A stretch of 64,000 nt of DNA from an uncultured Lachnospiraceae bacterium. Its GTDB lineage: Bacteria; Bacillota; Clostridia; Oscillospirales; CAG-272. Shown piece by piece: positions 39,289-48,192 of this stretch (its first letter is position 1; every line of letters begins with the position of its first letter). The position numbers and the translations under genes are program-made. The stretch is taken from positions 6,064 to 70,063 of the forward strand of contig CAZBAR010000002.1 of NCBI GenBank assembly GCA_964490165.1, written 5' to 3'. The notes under the pieces were generated by a model. That model had not been told where the DNA came from and ran no database searches. It worked only from the letters and a program-made list of their open reading frames with translations.

Positions 39289-41733
39289 ATGTTTCAGTAT
39301 AAAACAAGAGGAAATTCAAGTCCGCAGGGGAAACAGAGGGTGTATTTCACCTGTCATCCGGGAGACTTCGAGACATATTTTGAAAAGCTTTCCGATCAGA
39401 TCTTAGCACTTGAGAACTGCGCTGTATGGTATTCGTATCCTGAAGAAGCGTATCAGGATATTGAGACCGATCTCGGACAAATGAATCTGTTCGTTATACC
39501 TGTGACAACGAAGATGCTGACCACTCCTAACCGTACAATGGATATTGATTTTCCGTTTGCACTGAATCGGAATATTCCAGTTCTTCCTCTGATGCAGGAG
39601 AACGGGCTGGATGAGCTGTTCTGCAAAAGGTTCGGAGATCTCCAGTATCTCAATGAGAATGCAAAAGATGACACAGCAATTCCTTATGAAGAAAAATTGA
39701 AGCGGTATCTTTCTTCTGTCCTTGTCGGTGACGAGCTGGCGGCGAAGGTCCGCGCGGCATTTGATGCATACATCTTCCTGAGCTATCGCAAAAAGGACAG
39801 AAAGTACGCGCAGGAGCTGATGCGGCTGATACATAAGAACGATTTCTGCCGTGATATTGCAATTTGGTACGATGAGTTTCTTACACCGGGAGAGAACTTC
39901 AATTCTGCGATAGCAGACGCTCTGCAAAAGAGCGAATTGTTTGCTCTGGTGGTCACTCCGAATCTTGTCAACGAGACCAATTATGTGCAGAGCACCGAAT
40001 ATCCCATGGCAAGAAATTCGGGCAAAAAGATACTACCCGCCGAGCTTGAGAATACGGATAAGTCCAAGCTGGTTGAGATGTATGAGTCGATCCCCGAATG
40101 TATAGACGCAAACGATGATAAACTCCTTTCACAGTCGCTGTTGGAATGCTTGAATGAGATCGCAATGCGTGAAAATGACAGTGACCCGCAGCACAATTTC
40201 TTTATCGGTATTGCATACCTGAACGGTATCGATGTGGAGACGGATACCGAACGTGCGGTGGCGCTGATCACAGCGTCAGCTGAAGCGGGACTGAATGAGG
40301 CTATAGAAAAGCTGGTTTCTATGTATCAGAACGGCGAAGGCGTTAATCGTGATTATCGCAATGCCATAGAATGGCAGCAGAAGCTGGTAGAGAATTTCAG
40401 AAATGCGTACCTTCGCTCCGGTTCTGTGTCAGACTGTAAATCGCTGATAATGGCACTGTGGAGACTCGGCGACTATCTGTATAATGTATGTGACTTTGCG
40501 GCTGCGGAGAGCGCGTATGCCGAAATGGAAAGATCATGCATCGAATTGCGGGAACACGGAGTAGTCTCGCACCGAACCCTGACAGCAAGCTATAACGGTC
40601 TCGGCGATATCCGAAGATCTCTCGGCGATCTTGCCGGAGCGGAGAAATATTACGAAAAAGCACTTGAATTGAGCGAGGAACTTGTAAAAGAAAAGGGTAC
40701 GGCTGCCTCGAGACGGGACTTGTCGCTGAGCTATAATAATCTTGGAAATATCCGCAAGGCCTGCGGCGACCATTACGGAGCTGAGGAGTATTACAAAAAA
40801 AGCCTTGCATTGAGAGAAGAGCTTGCAAAGGAAACCGGAACGGATACCTCGCGCCGTGATCTGTCAATAAGCTATTGCATGATCGGAGATATCCGCAGTG
40901 CTCTCGGCGATCCTGCCGTGGCAGAGGAATATTACAAAAAAAGTCTTTCACTTAGAGAAGAGCTGGTAAAGGAAACGGGAACTGCTACCTCTCGCCGTGA
41001 CCTGTCAATAAGCTATGAAAGGCTCGGGGATATCCGCAAAGCGTTCATCGACTATTCAGGGGCGGAGGAGTATTATAAAAAAGCACTTGAATTGAGCGAG
41101 GCGATAGCAAAGGAAACGGGAACGATCGGTTCTCGCCGTGGCGTGACGATAGGCTGCAACAAGCTCGGAGACATCCGCATGGCTCTTGATGACCATGCCG
41201 GGGCAGGTGAATATTACAAAAAAAGTCTTTCGCTTAGAGAAGAGCTGGCAAAGGAAGCCGGAACGGTAGGCGCACGCCGTGATCTGTCGGTAAGCTATAA
41301 CAATTGCGGAGATGTATGCATAGCTCTCGGCGACCATGCCGGAGCAGGTGAATATTACAAAAAAAGTCTTTCGCTTAGAGAAGAGCTAACGAAGGAAACG
41401 GTAACCGTGGACTCTCGCCGAGACCTGTCAATAAGCTATGAAAAGCTCGGTGATATCTGCGCCGCTCTCGGAGACATTTCCAAAGTGGAGGAATATTACA
41501 AAAAAGCACTTGAGATATGCGAGGAGATAGCAAAAGAAACGGGGACGGTAGAGTCCTACGATGACATTGCGATCTTATACTATAAATGTGCTACGGTGAA
41601 GGATACGCCGGATACTGCTTTATTGAAAAAAGCGCTGGATATATATGAGACATTGGCAAAGCGATGCCCCGATATGATAAGATACAAAAAATATCGGGAG
41701 ATGATAGCTTGTATACTTCGACGATATTCATAA
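39289..41733 (+). CDS. TIR-domain protein with SEL1-like and TPR repeats
   Basis: IFLSYRKKD...IWYDEFL.PGENF..AI...S..F.LVVTP...TEY (TIR_2 pattern, Glu237); degenerate TIR-like N-terminus; two SEL1-like repeats; seven 47-aa TPR-like repeats. Confidence 0.85.
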   Translation: MFQYKTRGNSSPQGKQRVYFTCHPGDFETYFEKLSDQILALENCAVWYSYPEEAYQDIETDLGQMNLFVIPVTTKMLTTPNRTMDIDFPFALNRNIPVLPLMQENGLDELFCKRFGDLQYLNENAKDDTAIPYEEKLKRYLSSVLVGDELAAKVRAAFDAYIFLSYRKKDRKYAQELMRLIHKNDFCRDIAIWYDEFLTPGENFNSAIADALQKSELFALVVTPNLVNETNYVQSTEYPMARNSGKKILPAELENTDKSKLVEMYESIPECIDANDDKLLSQSLLECLNEIAMRENDSDPQHNFFIGIAYLNGIDVETDTERAVALITASAEAGLNEAIEKLVSMYQNGEGVNRDYRNAIEWQQKLVENFRNAYLRSGSVSDCKSLIMALWRLGDYLYNVCDFAAAESAYAEMERSCIELREHGVVSHRTLTASYNGLGDIRRSLGDLAGAEKYYEKALELSEELVKEKGTAASRRDLSLSYNNLGNIRKACGDHYGAEEYYKKSLALREELAKETGTDTSRRDLSISYCMIGDIRSALGDPAVAEEYYKKSLSLREELVKETGTATSRRDLSISYERLGDIRKAFIDYSGAEEYYKKALELSEAIAKETGTIGSRRGVTIGCNKLGDIRMALDDHAGAGEYYKKSLSLREELAKEAGTVGARRDLSVSYNNCGDVCIALGDHAGAGEYYKKSLSLREELTKETVTVDSRRDLSISYEKLGDICAALGDISKVEEYYKKALEICEEIAKETGTVESYDDIAILYYKCATVKDTPDTALLKKALDIYETLAKRCPDMIRYKKYREMIACILRRYS
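40567..41553 (+). repeat. Seven tandem 141-bp (47-aa) TPR-like repeats inside the TIR gene
   Basis: Consensus SRRDLSISYxxLGDIRxALGDxAGAEEYYKKSLxLREELAKETGTxx repeated with an exact 141-nt period. Confidence 0.9.
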
Positions 41734-41797
41734 AAATGCACACAAGAGCATTTTTTTGTGATACAATTATGAAAATATCCTGAAAGGTAAAAGAAAA

Positions 41798-42703
41798 ATG
41801 AAAAAAGCTATTCCACTTATACTTGACACTGACATCGGCAGCGACATTGACGATACATGGGCGCTTGCCATGGTGCTTAAAAGCCCTGAGATCGACTTGA
41901 AGATGGTGACGACAAATGAGTATGACACCGTTTATAAGGCAAAGCTCAGCGCAAAAATGCTGCAGATCGCCGGCAGAGAAGACGTTATTGTGGGTATCGG
42001 CGAGGTCGGCCGCGAGACGTTCAACAGAATTCACGACTGGGTAGATGATTACGATCTTTCTACATACCCCAATGTACGCGAGAACGCAGCTGATGCTATG
42101 ATAGAGTACATAATGAATTCCGATGAAGAAGTCGTAATTCTTGCTATCGGATCATTCAAGAACCTTGCCGAGGCTTATGAAAAGGAACCCCGCATTGCTA
42201 AGAGAAGCCGCGTGGTGGCAATTGCAGGCAATGTTTATAACAATGCATGGCCCTGGCATCCGCCGCTCGGCAGCGAGTGGAATATCCGCTGCGATCTTGA
42301 CGCTTGGCGCCGCGGCGTTGAGAAGACTGACTGGAATGTTGAGCTTGTTCCTCTTGATGTTTCCGGAAATATTATTCTTGACACTCCTTATTTTGAAAAG
42401 GTTCGTGAGTACGGCAAGACTGATCCCCTTATCGGCGCTATGATCGAGTGTACAGATATATGGATGAAGAACTTGCCCTGGAACTATCACGGTCCCAGCT
42501 CCCCCTTGTTTGATACAGTAGGCGTTTACTGCGTTATCACCCATGATAACATCAAGTACGAGCGTTTGCCTATCTATACAAATGATGAGTCGCTGACTCT
42601 TATCGATCCCGTGCGCGGTAAGGAAATGGATGTTGCCGCTCAATGGATAGACAAGGAGAAGTTTTATAAATTCCTGACAGCCCGTCTTTGTGATGAGATC
42701 TGA
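41798..42703 (+). CDS. Nucleoside hydrolase, copy 2
   Basis: Same motifs and length (301 aa) as copy 1; highly similar DNA. Confidence 0.88.
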   Translation: MKKAIPLILDTDIGSDIDDTWALAMVLKSPEIDLKMVTTNEYDTVYKAKLSAKMLQIAGREDVIVGIGEVGRETFNRIHDWVDDYDLSTYPNVRENAADAMIEYIMNSDEEVVILAIGSFKNLAEAYEKEPRIAKRSRVVAIAGNVYNNAWPWHPPLGSEWNIRCDLDAWRRGVEKTDWNVELVPLDVSGNIILDTPYFEKVREYGKTDPLIGAMIECTDIWMKNLPWNYHGPSSPLFDTVGVYCVITHDNIKYERLPIYTNDESLTLIDPVRGKEMDVAAQWIDKEKFYKFLTARLCDEI

Positions 42704-42742
42704 CGACAGTTTGATAAAAACAGGGTGACGAAAGGTGACAAA

Positions 42743-43648
42743 ATGAAAAAAGCTATTCCTATAATACTTGATACCGATATCGGTACCGATATTGACGATA
42801 CCTGGGCGCTTGCTATGATACTGAAAAGCCCTGAGATCGACCTGAAGCTGATAACTACCAACGAGTACGATACGGTATACAAGGCAAAGCTTTGTGCCAA
42901 AATGCTTCAGATCGCCGGCAGAGAGGATATTCCCATAGGTATCGGAGCGGTCGGGACGGAGTTTTACAGCAATGTGCACGATTGGGTGGACGATTATGAT
43001 CTTTCCTCATATCCCAATATCCGGGAAAACGCGGCTGATGCGATAATCGAATATATAATGAACTCCGATGAGGAGGTCGTTATACTTGCTATCGGATCGT
43101 TCAAAAATCTTGCCGAAGCATACGAAAAAGAGCCGCGCATAACGAAAAAAAGCCGTGTGGTAGCTCTTGCGGGAAATATTTACAACAATGCGTGGCCGTG
43201 GGATCCGGTGCTTAGAAGCGAATGGAATATCCGCTGCGACCTTGACGCATGGCGCCGCGGCGTTGAATTGACCGATTGGAATGTAGAGCTTATCCCGCTT
43301 GACGTTTCGGGAAATATTCATCTCGACACTCCGTATTTTGAAAAGGTTCGCGAATACGGCAAGACCGACCCGATCATCGGCGCGATGATAGAGTGCACCG
43401 ATATATGGATGAAAAACGAATCGTTTAACTATACAGGTCCCACATCCGCTTTGTTTGATACCGTGGGTGTTTACAGCCTTATTACGCGCGACAACTTTAA
43501 GTATGAGCGCCTGCCGATCTACACCGACGATGAGTCGCTTACTCATATTGACCGTGAGCGCGGCAGGGAAATGGACTGTGCCGTTCAGTGGATAGATAAA
43601 GAAGAGTTTTACAGATACCTCACTGCACGTCTTTGCGATGAGATATAA
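42743..43648 (+). CDS. Nucleoside hydrolase, copy 3
   Basis: ILDTDIGTDIDD; 301 aa; terminator AGCCGCGCGA-TTAT-TCGCGCGGCT-TTTTT at about 43686-43713. Confidence 0.88.
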   Translation: MKKAIPIILDTDIGTDIDDTWALAMILKSPEIDLKLITTNEYDTVYKAKLCAKMLQIAGREDIPIGIGAVGTEFYSNVHDWVDDYDLSSYPNIRENAADAIIEYIMNSDEEVVILAIGSFKNLAEAYEKEPRITKKSRVVALAGNIYNNAWPWDPVLRSEWNIRCDLDAWRRGVELTDWNVELIPLDVSGNIHLDTPYFEKVREYGKTDPIIGAMIECTDIWMKNESFNYTGPTSALFDTVGVYSLITRDNFKYERLPIYTDDESLTHIDRERGREMDCAVQWIDKEEFYRYLTARLCDEI

Positions 43649-43920
43649 CGGGCATCTGAAAAACGCCATAAGCATAAGACGCTGAGCCGCGCGATTATTC
43701 GCGCGGCTTTTTTATGTGTGTTACTTCATTGAATACTTTCTATAGAGCCCTGAAAACCTTACTGTTGACAAATTGAAGAAAATATTGTATAATGCTGTTA
43801 CCTAATTGCGTAGACCTGTATATACTGGCATATACCCTTGTGGCATATGCCGGTAATTTTTCTCGGGCTGAATGCCAAAATACTATATCAAATATCATTC
43901 GCCAAGGGCGGGGAGGATTT

Positions 43921-45003
43921 ATGTATACGGAAAAGCTAAGGCAAGTGGGAGGAGAGTTTCGTCTTCCCGGTACATTGTACTCTTACAACCAGATAACTAA
44001 CGGCAACATAAACAAGACCTTTGAGGTATCGTATATTTCGGATATCGGTGCTGTAAAAAAATATATGTTCCAGCGTATAAATACTTACGTTTTCAAAAAT
44101 CCCGTTGAGATCATGGAGAATATTGACAGGGTGACAAAGCACCTGATGGAAAAGCGTGAGAGCGGCGATGTCTGCATACATTTTCATCACACGGCTGACG
44201 GGCTAAACTACTATATCCCCGAGGCGGGCGAATGCTGGCGTGTGATGAACTGCGTTGATGCGGTTACATACAATTATTGCGATGACCTTGACATTATTCG
44301 CAACACAGGTGAGGCTTTCGGACATTTTCACACAAAGCTTTCCGATTTTGATGCTTCGTGCCTGAACGATACCATACCTGATTTCCATAATACCAAAAAG
44401 CGACTGGACACCCTGTTTCGCGATGCAGAGGCTGACCCTGTAGGGCGTGTTGCCGAAGTAAAAGCTGAGCTTGAATATATCAGAAGTGTGGCTGATGAGG
44501 CTTCCGGTCTTACTGAAATGTACGAGTCGGGAGCATTCCCTGTGAGAGTGACCCACAACGACACTAAGATCAACAACGTGCTGTTTGACAAACGAACAAA
44601 GAAGCCTCTTACTGTAATAGACTTTGACACGGTAATGCCCGGTATGGCTATGTACGATTTCGGCGATGCTATACGCTTTGCCGCAAGCACGGCGGGCGAG
44701 GATGAGCCTGATGTTGATAATGTTATGTTGAATCTCGATAAATTCAGAGCATTTTCCGAAGGATTTATTCCGGTTATCAAGGACTCTCTTACACCTGTTG
44801 AGGTAAACAGCATGGCTCTCGGTGCGTTCTCCATAACCATAGAGCTTGCTGCAAGATTTCTTGACGACTATATTACGGGCGACAAGTATTTCAAGATAAA
44901 TTACGAAAAACACAATCTTGTAAGAACGAGATGCCAGCTTAAGCTTGCCAAGGATATGCACGATAAAATGGATGAAATGAACAGCATAGTGGCAAGTATT
45001 TAA
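43921..45003 (+). CDS. Second APH-fold NahK/AmgK-like sugar kinase
   Basis: GNINKTF, THNDTKINNVL, VIDFDTVMPG, YDFGD; paralog of 763-1857; promoter TTGACA-17-TATAAT at 43765-43793. Confidence 0.8.
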   Translation: MYTEKLRQVGGEFRLPGTLYSYNQITNGNINKTFEVSYISDIGAVKKYMFQRINTYVFKNPVEIMENIDRVTKHLMEKRESGDVCIHFHHTADGLNYYIPEAGECWRVMNCVDAVTYNYCDDLDIIRNTGEAFGHFHTKLSDFDASCLNDTIPDFHNTKKRLDTLFRDAEADPVGRVAEVKAELEYIRSVADEASGLTEMYESGAFPVRVTHNDTKINNVLFDKRTKKPLTVIDFDTVMPGMAMYDFGDAIRFAASTAGEDEPDVDNVMLNLDKFRAFSEGFIPVIKDSLTPVEVNSMALGAFSITIELAARFLDDYITGDKYFKINYEKHNLVRTRCQLKLAKDMHDKMDEMNSIVASI

Positions 45004-45143
45004 GTGATATTTGCAATGTGCACAATAAAAAACGGCTGACGGGAGCGAATTTTTGCCGAAGTCAGCCGTTTTTCTGTTGAACTTGAAGAAAAAGTGTGAT
45101 ATACTCTTTAATGTAATTTATTTTTTGGAGAATTTATAAATAT

Positions 45144-46379
45144 ATGAAAAACATTGCTATTCTCGGTTTCGGCGTTGTAGGCGCAGGTATTACCGAGGTT
45201 ATTGAAAAAAACAAGGACGCTCTTAAGAAATTTGTCGGGGACGAGATCTATGTAAAATACATACTCGACCTGCGTGAGTTTCCCGACTCGCCCTACGGCG
45301 ACCGTGTAGTACACGACATCAGCGTTATTGCTGACGACAGCGAGGTATCCGTGGTCTGCGAGGCTATGGGTGGCGTCAATCCCGCTTTTGACTATTCCGT
45401 CAAGCTTATGAAAAGCGGCAAGAGTATGGTAACCTCCAACAAGGAGCTTGTTGCACGCCGGGGTGTTGAGCTTATGGATTGTGCCAAGGAGTGCGGCGTT
45501 AAATATATGTTCGAGGCAAGTGTCGGCGGCGGCATTCCCGAAATACGCGGAATGAGGACCAGCCTTGCAGGCGATACTGTTACAAAGATCGACGGTATTC
45601 TTAACGGTACTACAAACTACATCCTTACAAGAATGAAAAAGGACGGCGCTACCTTTGCATCCGCTCTCAGCGAGGCACAGAGACTGGGCTATGCAGAGAA
45701 GGATCCCACCGCTGATGTTGACGGTCTTGACGCTCAGAGAAAGATAATGATACTTACTGCTGTTGCAACAGATATGCTTGTTGACGAGAGTGCGGTATAC
45801 ACAGAGACTATGACGAAGATCACTCCTGAGGATATGGACGCAGCGCGTCGTTGGGGCGGAACTGTCAAGCTTATCGGTTCTTCCCGTATAGCAGCAGACA
45901 AGAGCAGTGCGGCACTGTATGTTTGTCCTACTTTCGTGCCCTCAGACAGTCCTCTTTCATTTATTGACGATGTATATAACGGAATTTCTGTATACAGCCC
46001 TGTAACCTCCGACGTGATGTACTACGGCAGAGGTGCGGGCAGAATGCCTACAGCAGGCGCTGTAGTTGCAGACATTGCATCTGTGCTTTCCGGTCTGGCA
46101 GACCGTGAGCGCTCCTGCGACTGGGTAAGCGCTCCCGAAGGCTTTGCTGTCAAGTTTGACGAGCTTATGTTCTCTTATTTCGTAAGGGTTAAGACAGACT
46201 CTCCCGCTGATGCCCTTGAGACTGCACGTCAGCTTTTCGGCGGCGCGGATGAGATCCCCGGTGCTGCGGCAGGATATGTTGAATATGTTACCTCTTCCGT
46301 AAAGGAGAGCGAGGCGCGCAAATTCTTTGACGGCGGCTGCGGCGGCGAGGTCGTTTCCGTTATCAGAGTACTGGCGTAA
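45144..46379 (+). CDS. hom: Homoserine dehydrogenase
   Basis: GFGVVG, FEASVGGGIP, GILNGTTNYIL, GYAE.DPT.DV.G.D, GRGAG..PT. Confidence 0.95.
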   Translation: MKNIAILGFGVVGAGITEVIEKNKDALKKFVGDEIYVKYILDLREFPDSPYGDRVVHDISVIADDSEVSVVCEAMGGVNPAFDYSVKLMKSGKSMVTSNKELVARRGVELMDCAKECGVKYMFEASVGGGIPEIRGMRTSLAGDTVTKIDGILNGTTNYILTRMKKDGATFASALSEAQRLGYAEKDPTADVDGLDAQRKIMILTAVATDMLVDESAVYTETMTKITPEDMDAARRWGGTVKLIGSSRIAADKSSAALYVCPTFVPSDSPLSFIDDVYNGISVYSPVTSDVMYYGRGAGRMPTAGAVVADIASVLSGLADRERSCDWVSAPEGFAVKFDELMFSYFVRVKTDSPADALETARQLFGGADEIPGAAAGYVEYVTSSVKESEARKFFDGGCGGEVVSVIRVLA

Positions 46380-46517
46380 GAATCAGATCTCTAATGAGGC
46401 GAAAAGTCTGAAAAATAAAGTGAGCGTGGAGCGAACGTGCACTGTTTTCAGACACGATTTGTGCCTTTCGCCGATGGCGAAACCGACACAGATCCGAAGA
46501 AAGGCATGGTCATAACT

Positions 46518-46973
46518 ATGAAAAAAACTACGGCTTTAAGAATTCTTTCGGTATCGTTGCTTATACTGCTTGCAGTATTTTCACTGTTTGGTTGCGCAAA
46601 CGGTGCTTCGGATGCAGATACTGAAGACAGCAGTGCCCCCATTGAAGATACTACCGATATCGGCGGAGTTATAGGGCAGGGCGAAAAGTCCTTTGAGCTT
46701 ACAATCGTTTATCTGAACGGGGACGAAACTGTAGTTACTGTCCGTACGGACAAGGAAACTGTAGGTGAGGCTCTTGAAGACGCTCAACTGATAAGCGGCG
46801 AGAACGGTGCCTTCGGTTTGTATGTAAAGGCTGTAAACGGTGTTGTCGCAGATTACGATGTTGACGGCACATACTGGGCATTCTATGTGAACGGTGAATA
46901 CGCTCCTCTCGGTGTGGATCAGACAAAGATCGAGGACGGTGCGTCATATTCCTTCAAGATCGAAAAGGCATAA
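46518..46973 (+). CDS. Lipoprotein with DUF4430 (transcobalamin C-terminal-like) domain
   Basis: Lipobox LFGC; G.YV..VNG...YWAFYVNGE...GV. Confidence 0.75.
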   Translation: MKKTTALRILSVSLLILLAVFSLFGCANGASDADTEDSSAPIEDTTDIGGVIGQGEKSFELTIVYLNGDETVVTVRTDKETVGEALEDAQLISGENGAFGLYVKAVNGVVADYDVDGTYWAFYVNGEYAPLGVDQTKIEDGASYSFKIEKA

Positions 46974-47050
46974 TTTATATTTATCAGTGCGGAAAATGCC
47001 TTTGCGTGTTTTCCGCACATTGTTTAATTTTCCTGAGGGAGGTCCTCAAT

Positions 47051-47893
47051 TTGAAAAGAAAAATAGTTATAGGAATAGATGTAGGCGGCAGCGCTACCAA
47101 GATCGTCGGCTTTGATATTGCCGACAGAAAAAGAGAGCTTATGGAGCCTTTGTTCGTTCGCGCCACTGACCCTATTGCGTCTATCTACGGCGCTTTCGGA
47201 AAGTTTACGGATGAAAACGGGCTCAGCCTTGATGATATAGAACGGGTAATGATCACAGGTGTCGGCTCATCCTATGTTACAAAGGACATATATTCGCTGG
47301 ATTGCACGGTACTGCCGGAGTTTGACTGTATTGGTCTGGGCGGCCTTTATCTGAGCGATCTGGATAATGCCATAATTGCCAGCCTCGGCACGGGTACGGC
47401 ACTTGTATATGCCGAGAAGGGCGAAAAACCTGTATATCTCGGCGGTACGGGCGTTGGCGGCGGTACGCTTATAGGTCTTTCCAAAAAGCTTTTGGGTATG
47501 GACACTGTGGCGCATATTGAAGAGCTTGCGAAAAACGGCGACCTCAGAAATGTTGACCTGAAGATCAACGACATAACAAAGCAGGATATCGTTCCCGGCT
47601 TCGGTGATACTATGACGGCTTCTAATTTCGGAAACATAAGTGATATTGCTACAAAAAGCGATATTGCGCTTGCAATAATCAATATGGTTTTTGAAACTGT
47701 CGGTATGATAAGTATTTTTGCCGCGCGCAATTATTCGCTGAAAAATGTTGTGCTGACCGGAAATCTTACAAGTGTTGAGCAGGCAGGTGCTTTGTTTGAG
47801 AGTCTTAACAGAATGTTTGATATGAATTTTATTATTCCGAAGTATTCGCAGTTCGGTACGGTGATCGGTGCTGCGTTGGCAGGATGCAGGTAA
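47051..47893 (+). CDS. Type II pantothenate kinase
   Basis: GIDVGGSATK, TGVG, EF...G.G, LGTGT, GGTGVGGGTL.GL, ASNFG. Confidence 0.8.
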   Translation: MKRKIVIGIDVGGSATKIVGFDIADRKRELMEPLFVRATDPIASIYGAFGKFTDENGLSLDDIERVMITGVGSSYVTKDIYSLDCTVLPEFDCIGLGGLYLSDLDNAIIASLGTGTALVYAEKGEKPVYLGGTGVGGGTLIGLSKKLLGMDTVAHIEELAKNGDLRNVDLKINDITKQDIVPGFGDTMTASNFGNISDIATKSDIALAIINMVFETVGMISIFAARNYSLKNVVLTGNLTSVEQAGALFESLNRMFDMNFIIPKYSQFGTVIGAALAGCR

Positions 47894-47934
47894 ATCTAAA
47901 ATATCAAAAGACCTTGCCGGTATCGGCAAGGTCT

Positions 47935-48158
47935 GAGGTTGTCGAAAAAGTCCATAGAAATAGCAAAATGCACAAAAGAAATTTCGCGGCTTGCGAGCCG
48001 CGACCAGAGGTAAGCCTCTGGACTCCGGTTAGTCTTAGGATTTCGCGCTCTGCGGAGCGCGATTTAAGGCTCCGCCTTAAAAATCCGCAAGCTTTTGAAA
48101 AAGCTTGACCAAAACTTTTAGTTATTTTGCTACTGCCATTTAGTTTTTCAACAGTCTG
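47935..48158. mobile_element. Non-autonomous IS1182-like MITE flanked by a 26-bp target-site duplication
   Basis: Direct repeat AGACCTTGCCGGTATCGGCAAGGTCT at 47909-47934 and 48159-48184; imperfect terminal IRs GAGGTTGTCGAAAAAG / GTTTTTCAACAGTCTG; no transposase. Confidence 0.75.
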
Positions 48159-48192
48159 AGACCTTGCCGGTATCGGCAAGGTCTTTTGATAT

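Noticed and set aside
40567-41553. TPR variability as a diversity-generating retroelement target (several variable codons are AAY-like)
   Set aside because: No reverse transcriptase or non-coding template repeat in the window. Variation is spread over in-frame repeats and includes non-adenine changes.
46395-46510. Cobalamin or FMN riboswitch upstream of the DUF4430 gene
   Set aside because: No B12-box or FMN consensus segments were recognisable.
47935-48158. Hairpin series as a CRISPR mini-array
   Set aside because: No identical repeats with regular unique spacers and no cas genes; better explained as a MITE with a target duplication.
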